A program made the position numbers and the translations under genes. A DNA stretch of 64,000 bases from Minisyncoccota bacterium (GTDB lineage Bacteria > Patescibacteriota > Minisyncoccia > Phycocordibacterales > GWA1-40-21). Under the pieces are notes generated by a model, which saw only the letters and a program-made list of their open reading frames with translations, ran no database searches and was not told the origin of the DNA. The stretch lies in assembly GCA_041659365.1 (NCBI GenBank), contig JBAZYH010000002.1, forward strand, positions 16,065 to 80,064, given 5' to 3'. This document shows, one piece after another, positions 1 to 9,167 of the stretch (position 1 is the stretch's first letter; every line of letters begins with the position of its first letter).

Positions 1-202
1 TTGCTGGTGTTATTTTTTCATACTGTATTAATAGATCAAAAAGAGGTTTTGTTTATAGTTATATGATTCATTTTGGTTTTTATGTCTTACTTAGTTCTGT
101 ATTTTGGCTTGGTGGATATAAATATATGTTATCTTTAATTTAATAATCCTAAACCAGAATATTAATTTTTTAGTAAATATTTTGGTCGGACAAGTAAGAA
201 AT

Positions 203-748
203 ATGTTATACACAAAAAAAGGGGATGATGGAAAGACAAATGTTTACGGTTGTGATCAAAAAATCTCAAAGAGTTCAGCAATAACTGAAGCTTTAGGGTC
301 TTTAGATGAAGCCAATTCGTTTTTGGGGGTATGTAAGGTAAAAACGAAGAATATTGAATATAGAATATTAAATATAGAAATTCATGAAATAATTCATAAA
401 ATTCAAAACAATCTTTTTACAATACAAGCACAGGTGGCTGGTGCAGATAAGAAAATCTTAGAAGATGATGTTTTATGGCTTGAAAAGATAATTTCAGAAA
501 TAGATAAAGAATTGCCAGAAATAAAATCCTTTTTAATATCTGGCGCAAATGATATTTCTGCAAACTTTGATTTTGCCCGTACCCTTGCACGTAGAGCGGA
601 GAGGAGGGTAGTGGCTGTAAGCGAAGAAAGTATCACAAAGGTAGATTCATTCACTCTTTCATATATGAATAGATTATCGAGTCTTTTGTACGCTTTGGCG
701 AGGTATTTTGCTACTGAGTCTGGTGTCGAAGAATCTCCAACTTATTAA
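203..748 (+). CDS. ATP:cob(I)alamin adenosyltransferase, PduO-type
   Basis: N-terminus MLYTKKGDDGKTNVYG...SFLG matches the PduO/MMAB motif (TxxGDxGxT). The internal Met at 203 is preferred over the 182 ORF start. Confidence 0.7.
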   Translation: MLYTKKGDDGKTNVYGCDQKISKSSAITEALGSLDEANSFLGVCKVKTKNIEYRILNIEIHEIIHKIQNNLFTIQAQVAGADKKILEDDVLWLEKIISEIDKELPEIKSFLISGANDISANFDFARTLARRAERRVVAVSEESITKVDSFTLSYMNRLSSLLYALARYFATESGVEESPTY

Positions 749-802
749 AAGTCCACAGTATTTTGTGTTTACATCAAGACACCGTTTTGATATCATTCTT
801 AT

Positions 803-1294
803 ATGAAAGAAATAGTTTGTGATATTTGTAAGAAGAAGTTTAAAAGAAAATTATCTCAAATTAATTACTCAATTAATCACTATTGTTCTAAAACGTGTCA
901 TTATGAAGCTAGAAGGTTGGGTATTTACACAAAATGTGCCAATTGTAATAATTTGGTTTATAAAAAACTAAAAGATGTTTTGTTATCAAAAAATAAAAAG
1001 TTTTTTTGTAGTAAAAAATGTAGTAATAAAGTTATTGGCCAAATGTATTCTAGAGAAAATCATCCAAATTGGAAGGATGGTGAATTCTCGTATAAAGAAT
1101 ATATGAACAAGCAAGATGTGGAGAAAAAATGTGTTTTGTGTAAAAAAGAGAATCCGTTGGTTTTGGTTGTTCATCATTTAGATAAAAATAGAAGAAATAA
1201 TGATCTAAAAAATTTAATTTGGCTTTGTTATAATTGTCATTTTTTGGTCCACCATTATAAAGAGGAGTCAGATAAAATGCTTAAATATGCCTAA
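803..1294 (+). CDS. HNH endonuclease with N-terminal CxxC zinc-ribbon repeats
   Basis: C-terminal HHLDKNRRNNDLKNLIWLCYNCH is an HNH motif. Upstream are repeated (Y/F)CSKxC...CxxC motifs. Confidence 0.6.
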   Translation: MKEIVCDICKKKFKRKLSQINYSINHYCSKTCHYEARRLGIYTKCANCNNLVYKKLKDVLLSKNKKFFCSKKCSNKVIGQMYSRENHPNWKDGEFSYKEYMNKQDVEKKCVLCKKENPLVLVVHHLDKNRRNNDLKNLIWLCYNCHFLVHHYKEESDKMLKYA

Positions 1295-1790
1295 AACAAA
1301 TTGTGTTATTTGTAATAATGAGTTTTATGCGAAACCTTCAAGTATTATAAGAGGTTGGGGAAGATATTGTTCATCAAAGTGCCAGTACAAGTCGTTTAAA
1401 ACGGGTATTATTAAAAAGTGCTTTATTTGTGATAAAAAAGTTTACTTAACACCAACCCGTTTGGTAAATTCAAAAAGTAAGAAATATTTTTGTAGTAAAT
1501 CCTGTCAGACTAAGTGGAGAAATACAGAGTTTGTTGGTTCTAAACACGCAAATTTTAAAGATGGGGGAAAGTCATATCAGAGTATTTTGAAAAGGAATGG
1601 TGTTTTACAAGCCTGTTATTCTTGTGGAGAAAAAGATGTTAGGGTATTAGTGACTCACCATGTTGATGAAAATCATGGAAATAACATTATTCAAAATTTA
1701 GTATGGCTTTGCCATAATTGTCACTCCATGATACATTATGATAGCTTACAAAAGCAGAAATTTCTTGTTAGATACAATAAGGGATTCTAG
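1287..1790 (+). CDS. HNH endonuclease paralog with CxxC zinc-ribbon repeats
   Basis: Same architecture as 803..1294 (HHVDENHGNNIIQNLVWLCHNCH), and it overlaps the stop of that gene. Tandem paralog. Confidence 0.6.
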   Translation: MPKTNCVICNNEFYAKPSSIIRGWGRYCSSKCQYKSFKTGIIKKCFICDKKVYLTPTRLVNSKSKKYFCSKSCQTKWRNTEFVGSKHANFKDGGKSYQSILKRNGVLQACYSCGEKDVRVLVTHHVDENHGNNIIQNLVWLCHNCHSMIHYDSLQKQKFLVRYNKGF

Positions 1791-1796
1791 TATAAT

Positions 1797-1870
1797 GGTG
1801 CCTATAGTTTAGTGGTAAAACTCGGGTTTGTGGAACCTGTGTCGAGAGTTCGATTCTCTCTAGGCACCCA
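1797..1870 (+). tRNA. tRNA-His (anticodon GUG), with encoded G-1
   Basis: Cloverleaf read by hand: acceptor GTGCCTA/TAGGCAC, anticodon loop TTGTGGA, T-arm GAGAG-TTCGATT-CTCTC. G-1 at 1797 pairs with discriminator C1868. Confidence 0.85.
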
Positions 1871-1996
1871 GCGTTTATTTTAGACAATATATCTTTATTT
1901 TACTTTAGTTTTTTAGTTCTAACCTAATTAGTTTTTGTTATAAAAATAACTAGTTTTTTGTAGTTACTGTAAATAATTTGTGCTATATTAACTTTA

Positions 1997-3142
1997 ATGA
2001 AAATAGCATTTATTCACAATGAAAAGAAAATTGGAACAGGCGCACATTATATAAACGATTTAATGAGTCAAAAGTTGACTAGTTCTAAGATTGATACAAA
2101 AAACTTTTATCCCAAAACTTCACTGATTGAAACACCTGTTCATCTAAGTGGAATAAAAAATATTTTATTTTTTTATTCTTTGTTAGAAAAAAGAAAGGAA
2201 ATATTAAAATATGATCTTATACAGGGAACTACTTATACATCTTTACCATTTCTCGCTTATTCTATCCCCGTAGTCGCTCATTTTGGTTCTACTACTAGAG
2301 GTTTTTTGGATTCTACACCCAGAGCTAGTCAGATGGAAAATGGTTGTCGTAAAATTTGGTATAAGCTTAAAAAAGACGGTGCTATATCTGAACTTAATAT
2401 AAAGACCAGAAAGCCGATGAGAGATATAGCTGATGTTGAAGAATATGTTGCTTCTAAGGCTAGTGCTGTAATTGCTACTTCTGAAAATGTTCGCAGGGAG
2501 TTGCTTTTGATGGGTACTAAAACTGAAAATGTTTATCTTATTCATAATGCAATTGAAGATTATTGGTTTGAAACGACAATAAACAAAGATTTACCAACAC
2601 CAAAGATTGTTTTTCTCGGTCGTTTAGGAAATGATTCTTTTACTTTAAAACTTAAAGGTTTAGATCGTTTAATCTATTTATGGCAAAAATTTCCAATGAT
2701 AGAAAAAGTTTGTTTGGCTATTACTACGAATAAAACTTTAATAGAATATTTAAAATCAAATATTTCAAAATTAACACTTGAAGTTAATATTAAAAAAGAT
2801 AATTTACCAGAAAAATTATTGTCGCTTCGTGGTAGTATACTTTTTATATCTTCTCGGTATGAGGGTTTTTCTCTTAGTTTGATTGAAGGTATGTCACAAG
2901 GTTTAATACCTATCGCATATTCGGTTGGGGTAGTGCCAGAAATCATACATAATGGTAAGAATGGTTTTATTGTCTCTTCTGTATCTGAAGCTGCAGAAAA
3001 GGTCAATGAAATTATGAATAATAAAAAACTTAGAGAAAGTATGTCAGACGAAGCAATAAAGACCTCCAAGCAGTTTTCAAGTGAAAAAATCACAAAAGAG
3101 TTGATTGCTTTGTATAAAAAGGTCATTACCGCTTCAAGTTAA
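1997..3142 (+). CDS. glycosyltransferase family 1 (GT4-like)
   Basis: C-terminal EGFSLSLIEGMSQGLIPIAYSVGVVPEIIHNGKNGFIV matches the GT-B EX7E motif region. Confidence 0.65.
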   Translation: MKIAFIHNEKKIGTGAHYINDLMSQKLTSSKIDTKNFYPKTSLIETPVHLSGIKNILFFYSLLEKRKEILKYDLIQGTTYTSLPFLAYSIPVVAHFGSTTRGFLDSTPRASQMENGCRKIWYKLKKDGAISELNIKTRKPMRDIADVEEYVASKASAVIATSENVRRELLLMGTKTENVYLIHNAIEDYWFETTINKDLPTPKIVFLGRLGNDSFTLKLKGLDRLIYLWQKFPMIEKVCLAITTNKTLIEYLKSNISKLTLEVNIKKDNLPEKLLSLRGSILFISSRYEGFSLSLIEGMSQGLIPIAYSVGVVPEIIHNGKNGFIVSSVSEAAEKVNEIMNNKKLRESMSDEAIKTSKQFSSEKITKELIALYKKVITASS

Positions 3143-3168
3143 TTGTAATTCTGATATAATTTTAATCA

Positions 3169-4086
3169 ATGAATCTTTTTATTATTATTTTAGGTATAAT
3201 TGGTTCCGTTTCCTTATTTTTGTATAGTGTTATTTCTTTTGGTAAAATCATTAAAAATACTGCTGGTCCCAAAATAAAAACCTTGTTGTCTTCTTTAACT
3301 TCTAACCCTTTTAAAGGTGTTATTTTTGGTACTGTATCTACTGCTATTCTTCAATCTAGTACCGCCACCTCTGTTTTGGTAGCTAGCTTAGCAGATGCTG
3401 GTTTGATTTCTTTTTATAATACCTTAGGAATAATATTTGGTGTAAATATAGGGACAACAATCACTTCTCAATTGATAGCTTTTAATGCAATGGCTATATC
3501 TCCTTTTATAATACTTCTTGGATTGATTATCTATTGGTGGGGAAATAGTTTTAAAAAATATGCTAGTTCGATTATATATTTTGGTTTATTGTTTTTTTCT
3601 ATTTATTTAATTTCAATTTTTGTTTCTTATATTGATCAAGAACTATTAGGATCATATCTTTCTATTACTTCTAATCCAATAATCGCTATTCTAGTTGGGG
3701 TAGTTGCTACCTTAATATTTCAATCTAGTAGTGTTGTGTCTGGTATTGTTTTAGTTCTCGCTGGTGTTGGTCATATCGATTTAGCTCAGTCTGTTGGTTT
3801 GATCTTAGGTGCCAATATAGGCACAACCTCTACAGTTATTATTGCTTCTCTCGCGATGGGTAAAGAAGCTAAAAAAGTTGCTCTATCACACTTTTTGTTC
3901 AATTTTCTAGGAGTGATTATTCTACTTCCTTTTATGGAGTATTTTTATAAAGTTGTTAAATGGTTAGATGGAGATATAGTTCATCAAGTAGCAAATATTC
4001 ATTTAATTTTTAATGTTGTTTGTGCTTTTATCTTTTTATTGGCAATAAAGCCATTTTCACTGTTGGTTAGTCGTTTAATTAAATAG
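3169..4086 (+). CDS. Na+/Pi-cotransporter family membrane protein (NptA-like)
   Basis: Polytopic membrane protein with duplicated GxNIGTT(I/S)T motifs (GVNIGTTITSQ and GANIGTTSTV). Confidence 0.6.
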   Translation: MNLFIIILGIIGSVSLFLYSVISFGKIIKNTAGPKIKTLLSSLTSNPFKGVIFGTVSTAILQSSTATSVLVASLADAGLISFYNTLGIIFGVNIGTTITSQLIAFNAMAISPFIILLGLIIYWWGNSFKKYASSIIYFGLLFFSIYLISIFVSYIDQELLGSYLSITSNPIIAILVGVVATLIFQSSSVVSGIVLVLAGVGHIDLAQSVGLILGANIGTTSTVIIASLAMGKEAKKVALSHFLFNFLGVIILLPFMEYFYKVVKWLDGDIVHQVANIHLIFNVVCAFIFLLAIKPFSLLVSRLIK

Positions 4087-4215
4087 TTAATTGTGTTTTA
4101 GGGGAGAATGCTGGTATATATATTGTTGCATCATTTTTTCTCTCGAAAATAGTTCTTACATCCTCGACCACGGCACCCAATTTTAAAAGCGGCTTATTGC
4201 CGTCTTTTTAAATTG

Positions 4216-4335
4216 GGTGCCTAAGCAAACAAACTGCTTTGTTTGCGTGAGAGAATCGAAAGATTTTTCCTTACCGAATATGATGAGGTGGAAAAATACC
4301 TGGCTATGTAATAGCCGATTCTCTCTAGGCACCCA
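4216..4335 (+). ncRNA. tRNA-like structured RNA, unit 1, mimicking the tRNA-His acceptor and T regions
   Basis: A 9-bp terminal stem GGGTGCCTA/TAGGCACCC closes the unit. The last 20 nt (4317-4336) are identical to the 3' end of tRNA-His at 1851-1870. Internal perfect stems: CAAACA/TGTTTG, GAGAGAATCG/CGATTCTCTC, GGCTA/TAGCC. Confidence 0.45.
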
Positions 4336-4371
4336 AGAAAGAAGAGTCTGCAGTAGCAGACTTTTTTCTTG

Positions 4372-4507
4372 GGTGGCTAAGTAAGTGCTAGTAAGCACTT
4401 ACGTTCGGGGGTTGAAGCCTCATTGAGCATATTTTATGAATGTTAATGAAATAAAATATCCAATAGGGATACTGTTCCTGTAAGGAAAAACTCCCCGATA
4501 GCCACCC
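4372..4507 (+). ncRNA. tRNA-like structured RNA, unit 2, tandem paralog of unit 1
   Basis: Same architecture as unit 1: 9-bp closing stem GGGTGGCTA/TAGCCACCC (a compensatory C:G to G:C swap relative to unit 1), AG, an 8-bp hairpin TAAGTGCT-AGTA-AGCACTTA, CGTT, and a long stem CGGGGG.../...CTCCCCG. Confidence 0.4.
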
Positions 4508-4578
4508 AATGTATTTTTTTAGATATTTAATCTTTAATTGTTGAGGACTTTTTAGTTCTACTTTGATATACTTTTAAA

Positions 4579-5410
4579 ATGGAAGAACAACCAAAACCAG
4601 AAGGAAAAATGGAAAAAACACCTATACCAGAGGTTCAGTTTGAGGTGTTGGGTATTAAAGATGAAATAGAGATGATATTTAGTTTTTGTATGCATAAAAA
4701 TCCAAGTTTAGATTTTAGTAAAGTTGTTTATAATGTACATCCAGAACTCAGAAAGATGGTTGATGGAATAACTGATGAAAAACAGTTTCATGAACAATGT
4801 GAAAAATACGTTTTAGATTATATTGATAAAAATAAAGAAGCACTAGAGAAATCTAAAAAACATTTTCAGAAAATTTGGAATCAGATTGGTGAAGACCTCT
4901 TAAAAAATCTTTTAGAAGATTTTGAGACTGATTTGCCCGAAGAAATAAAAGAAATTAAAGCAAATGTTTCTATTAACCCTATGTGTCCTAGATTTATAGA
5001 TAGATGGATGTTTAATTTATATTATAAATTTTCTGATAGTTCAATAGTAGGGGGTTTCTATTCATGAAATAATACATTTTGTATATTTTAAAAAGTGGTC
5101 AGAAGTTTTTCCCGACTCTGATCGTAAAAATTTTAATGGTATGAATTCTGAATGGATATTGAGCGAGATTTTGGTTCACACAATTATGAATAATAATAAG
5201 ATTATTCAAGGTATTGTGAAAAATGAAAAGTTTGAAGTCTATAAAAGATGGCAGTCTATTAGGGTTGATGGTAAAAAACTAGATGAATATTTTGATGGTT
5301 TTTATAAAGAACATGAAGAAGGAAAAATTTCTTTTGCTGATTTCTTGAGAAAATCTTGGGATGAATATCAAAAGAATAAAGATGTTATTGAAGGTAGTAT
5401 TAAGAAATAG
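4579..5410 (+). pseudogene. hypothetical protein interrupted by a +1 frameshift at a GGGGG run (5050-5054)
   Basis: ORF 4579..5067 (frame 1) continues without a stop in frame 2 from about 5052 (..GVSIHEIIHFVYFKKW..) into ORF 5141..5410. Confidence 0.4.
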
Positions 5411-5496
5411 TGTATTCAGAGGTAGGGTAAAATATCGGAATATAAATCGTTGTATCATTTCTCCCCTCAAAAACTTTTCTTACATTCTTATTTATA

Positions 5497-5545
5497 CAAC
5501 TAAAACAAAAAACAAACATCCGAGTGTTTGTTTTTTGTTTTAGTA
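5497..5545. terminator. rho-independent terminator, bidirectional
   Basis: aaaacaaaaaacaaaca-tccgag-tgtttgttttttgtttt: a long perfect stem with flanking T/A runs. Confidence 0.6.
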
Positions 5546-5568
5546 TTATTGTAATTAAATACACTGCT

Positions 5569-5719
5569 TTTACAATATTTTCTCTCCCTTAATAAGTCTT
5601 ATTAAAATCATTACTACCGCTATAATAAGGAGAATATGAATAAAACCGCCTAACGTATAAGATGTAACTAAACCTAAAACCCAAAGTATTATTAAAATGA
5701 TAGCAATTGTAGTTAACAT
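5569..5719 (-). CDS. small hydrophobic membrane peptide (about 50 aa)
   Basis: Minus-strand ORF MLTTIAIILIILWVLGLVTSYTLGGFIHILLIIAVVMILIRLIKGEKIL. It is not in the ORF track because it is under 60 aa, and it ends at the bidirectional terminator. Confidence 0.25.
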
Positions 5720-5851
5720 ATTTTTTTTGATTAAAATAACTAATAAATTTATAACACTGTAATACTAACAAATTAAGATTAATTTAAGATTAAAATGTAT
5801 TTTAACCTTCAATTAATCTTAATTTTATATTTTTATGTTAAAATAATAAGT

Positions 5852-6658
5852 ATGCAAGAAAATTTTTCGTCATTAATTATAGAGGTAAAAGATTTAGTTA
5901 AAAATTTTAAAAAAATTGAAGCTGTAAAAGGTATTACTTTCTCAGTGTTAAAAGGTGAGAGTTTTGCTTTTTTGGGCCCGAATGGCGCTGGTAAAACGAC
6001 TACTATCAGAATACTTACAACACTTCTTGATCCAACATCGGGGTCTGTTGTTTTAAATGGTTTTAACGTTCATGAAAAACCAAACGAAGCACGTCACTCT
6101 TTTGGTATTGTTTTTCAAGATCCAAGTTTGGATACGGAGCTTACTGCTTATGAAAATATGTATATACACGCCGTTTTGTACGGTCTTTCCAAGTCTGTCT
6201 ATTTAAAACGTATAGAAGATTTAATGAAGCTTGTTGATCTTTGGGAAAGAAGAGATGACTTGGTCAAGAATTTCTCTGGTGGAATGAAAAGAAGACTTGA
6301 AATAGCACGCGGCTTGCTTCATCATCCAAAAGTGCTTTTTTTAGACGAGCCAACTCTCGGTCTAGACCCACAGACAAGAAATCATATGTGGAATTATATT
6401 AAAGGGCTAAGAGAGAAAGAAGGTTTAACTGTTTTTTTTACTACACATTATATGGAAGAAGCAGACAAAAATGCCGATAGGATAGCTATAATAGATCATG
6501 GAGTTATCGTCGCTCAAGGAAAATCAGATGAGCTTAAATTGCAAACAAATACAAAGACACTTGAAGATGCTTTTCTCGTACTTACTGGTGATACGATTCG
6601 TGATTCTTCGGGTGGTGATGGATCTGAAATGATGAAAATGTGGCATGGAAAAAGATAA
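5852..6658 (+). CDS. ABC transporter ATP-binding protein (ABC-2 type)
   Basis: Walker A GPNGAGKTT, signature FSGGMKRRL, Walker B LFLDEPT. Start at the internal Met MQENF. Confidence 0.85.
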   Translation: MQENFSSLIIEVKDLVKNFKKIEAVKGITFSVLKGESFAFLGPNGAGKTTTIRILTTLLDPTSGSVVLNGFNVHEKPNEARHSFGIVFQDPSLDTELTAYENMYIHAVLYGLSKSVYLKRIEDLMKLVDLWERRDDLVKNFSGGMKRRLEIARGLLHHPKVLFLDEPTLGLDPQTRNHMWNYIKGLREKEGLTVFFTTHYMEEADKNADRIAIIDHGVIVAQGKSDELKLQTNTKTLEDAFLVLTGDTIRDSSGGDGSEMMKMWHGKR

Positions 6659-6670
6659 TCTATTAAAAAT

Positions 6671-7414
6671 ATGATAATTTACATTTTATGGTTAAGACAA
6701 ATTAAGAGATATATCCGTTCAAAATCTAGGATAATTGGTTCTTTGGGTCAACCTGTACTTTTTTTGGTTGCCTTAGGTTTTGGTTTTGGTCCTATTTATG
6801 CGAAAGCTGGGGGAGGTAATTATATTCAATTTTTAGCGCCAGGAATCATTGCTATGAGTATTCTTTTTTCTGCTATCTTTGCTGGTATTGAAGTCATTTG
6901 GGATAAACAATTCGGTTTCTTAAAGGAAACTCTTGTTGCGCCAGTTAGTCGAATAAAAATAATGATTGGTAGAACTCTTGGTGGAGCGACAGTGGCAACT
7001 ATTCAAGGGCTCATTGTTTTTATTATAACTTTATTTATTGGATTTAGACCAGTATCTTTTTTGGGTGTAATTATCTCTATTGTAGTCATGTTCCTTATTG
7101 CGATTCTTTTTACTGCTCTTGGTACAGCAATTGCTTCACGTCTTGAAGATATGCAGGGTTTTCAACTAATCATGAACTTTTTGGTGATGCCTTTATTTTT
7201 CTTATCGGGGGCTCTTTTTCCGATAACAGATTTACCAAAAACATTAAATGTTATTACAAGGATTGACCCATTATCTTACGGTGTCGATGCTCTCCATGGA
7301 GTTTTGTCTGGGGTGTCTAGTTTTGGAGTCGGACTTGATCTGGCTGTTTTGGTCGTTCTTGTAGTAATAATAACTGTTATCGGTGCATGGCAATTCTCAA
7401 AGATAGAAATTTAA
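6671..7414 (+). CDS. ABC-2 family transporter permease
   Basis: Six-TM permease immediately downstream of the ABC ATPase. Confidence 0.7.
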   Translation: MIIYILWLRQIKRYIRSKSRIIGSLGQPVLFLVALGFGFGPIYAKAGGGNYIQFLAPGIIAMSILFSAIFAGIEVIWDKQFGFLKETLVAPVSRIKIMIGRTLGGATVATIQGLIVFIITLFIGFRPVSFLGVIISIVVMFLIAILFTALGTAIASRLEDMQGFQLIMNFLVMPLFFLSGALFPITDLPKTLNVITRIDPLSYGVDALHGVLSGVSSFGVGLDLAVLVVLVVIITVIGAWQFSKIEI

Positions 7415-7680
7415 TTTATTTATAAGATATTAAATAATTTGACCAACAAAAAATCCATCTTGCGATGGATAATCTGTAGATCTAAAAGGGTACATTAATA
7501 TCTTACGAAACTAAACGAAACCGAATCTTACGAAACAATCTCTTCCCCTAATAAATCTATCTTAATTATGTACTAATCTGTAAAAATAGCAAGTAGAGTC
7601 ACATACTTCTTTAAAGCTATATTTTATAAGGTTTTATATTATTCTGAACAAATTTATTTTAATGTGCTAATATAATTTCT

Positions 7681-8595
7681 ATGTCAGGAATATTTTTTGA
7701 TGCATTATTAGATTCTTTAAAACTCGTTCCTTTTTTGCTTTTTATTTATATAGCTATAGAACTTATAGAATATAAATTTAGTGACAAAATAAGGAGTGGA
7801 GTAGAAAAGGCGGGAAAGAGCGGTCCATTTTTTGGATCATTAGCTGGAATATTTCCACAGTGTGGTTTTTCTGTTGTTACTACGGCTTTGTATTCCCAGA
7901 GACTTGTTACTATTGGGACACTTCTTGCTGTTTATCTTTCAACTTCAGATGAAGCTATACCTGTAATACTTTCTCATCCAGAAACCGCTGGTTTAATATT
8001 TCCTTTAATACTTACAAAAGTATTTATTGCGATCATTGCCGGATATTCTATAGATTTAATTTTTAGAAAAAGTAATCTCTCTACTTTGAAACATATCGAT
8101 GCTTATAGTCACGGAGAAGATGAAGAAGAACACCACCATGAAGTAGTAGTAGATGAGCATGCTTGTTGCGGACATAACCTTAGTCAATCATCAAAAACTT
8201 TTAGTATAAGAGAAATATTTTTTCACCCACTCAAGCATACAATAAAAATATTTATTTTTATTTTTATAATTACTCTTTTTATCAATTTTCTTTTTTTAAA
8301 AATCGGAGATGTTGTTATAGGTAATTTTTTAAATAGTTTTGTATTTTTACAGCCTTTTATAACCGGACTCATAGGATTGATACCAAATTGTGCATCTTCT
8401 GTGGCTCTTACAGAACTATATCTAAAGGGGGTTATAACTTACGGTTCACTTATCTCTGGTCTTTGTGCTAGTGGAGGACTTGGAATACTGATACTTTTCA
8501 GGGAAGAAAAGAATAAAAAGGAGGTATTTAAGATAATTAGTTTGCTTTTTGGTATAAGTGTTTTTGTTGGTTTAATTATCCAATATTTTATATAA
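7681..8595 (+). CDS. putative permease with a His/Cys-rich cytoplasmic loop (DUF318/ArsP-like)
   Basis: Polytopic membrane protein with two Cys-containing TM motifs (FPQCGFS, IPNCASS) and an HGEDEEEHHHEVVVDEHACCGH loop. Confidence 0.35.
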   Translation: MSGIFFDALLDSLKLVPFLLFIYIAIELIEYKFSDKIRSGVEKAGKSGPFFGSLAGIFPQCGFSVVTTALYSQRLVTIGTLLAVYLSTSDEAIPVILSHPETAGLIFPLILTKVFIAIIAGYSIDLIFRKSNLSTLKHIDAYSHGEDEEEHHHEVVVDEHACCGHNLSQSSKTFSIREIFFHPLKHTIKIFIFIFIITLFINFLFLKIGDVVIGNFLNSFVFLQPFITGLIGLIPNCASSVALTELYLKGVITYGSLISGLCASGGLGILILFREEKNKKEVFKIISLLFGISVFVGLIIQYFI

Positions 8596-8605
8596 TTTTA
8601 AAAAC

Positions 8606-9142
8606 ATGAAGAAAGTTAATTTAGAAATGAAACATTTTTGTGATGATTTTGGTAAGGTTAGAAAAGTTTTAAAAGATATTGGAGCTAAAAAAGAGGTTGT
8701 TAAAGAACAATTAGATTATTTTTTTAATCTACCGAATATAAAAAAAGAAAATAATCCAAGATTAAAATTGAGGATAGAAGACAGTAAGAAAGTAGAATTG
8801 ATCTACTACGAAAGACCAAATTTTAAAAAAGGTAAAGGGTCTACTTCAGATGTGTCATTGTTTCAGACTTTTGATAAACAAATATTGTCAGTTTTAGAAA
8901 GGTCTTTGGGTATAAAGGTTGTTGTAGAAAAAAAGAGAGAGGTATGGAGAAAAGACAATACAGTTTTTTATCTTGATGTTATAAAAGATATAGGAAATAT
9001 ATTTGAAGTAGAATTACAGAAAGACAATGGAATAATCTCTGAAAGGGATAAAAAACTATTTGAAGATTATCAGAAAAAACTGTTACCAGTTATAGGTAAG
9101 GTAGTTAACGGTTCGAATGTTGATTTAGTACTAAGGAAGTAA
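8606..9142 (+). CDS. CYTH-domain protein (class IV adenylyl cyclase / triphosphatase family)
   Basis: N-terminal NLEMKHF (like the EIERKF motif), QLDYFF, LKLRIED, and C-terminal VFYLDVIKDIGNIFEVEL match the CYTH motif series. Confidence 0.5.
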   Translation: MKKVNLEMKHFCDDFGKVRKVLKDIGAKKEVVKEQLDYFFNLPNIKKENNPRLKLRIEDSKKVELIYYERPNFKKGKGSTSDVSLFQTFDKQILSVLERSLGIKVVVEKKREVWRKDNTVFYLDVIKDIGNIFEVELQKDNGIISERDKKLFEDYQKKLLPVIGKVVNGSNVDLVLRK

Positions 9143-9167
9143 TTTATTTATTTGATATAATATAGGT

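Noticed and set aside
4183-4398. 71-aa minus-strand ORF
   Set aside because: It lies entirely within the highly structured tRNA-like RNA region (perfect nested hairpins). It has no SD and an implausible composition, and is better explained as non-coding.
4216-4507. Interpretation of the tRNA-like tandem RNA as a canonical tmRNA (ssrA)
   Set aside because: There is no contiguous T-arm next to the 3' acceptor strand and no G3:U70 Ala identity pair. The only candidate tag frame (..EYDEVEKYLAM**) runs through paired stems. It is kept only as a weak alternative in the findings.
5052-5070. HEIIH motif suggestive of a zinc metalloprotease (HExxH)
   Set aside because: A five-residue motif with no surrounding metzincin or gluzincin context. 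It is probably chance, in a frameshifted hypothetical gene.
7490-7550. Direct repeats ATCTTACGAAAC (two copies, 39 nt apart) upstream of the His-rich permease gene as a regulator binding site
   Set aside because: Only two short copies in an AT-rich spacer. It is plausible but not distinguishable from chance.
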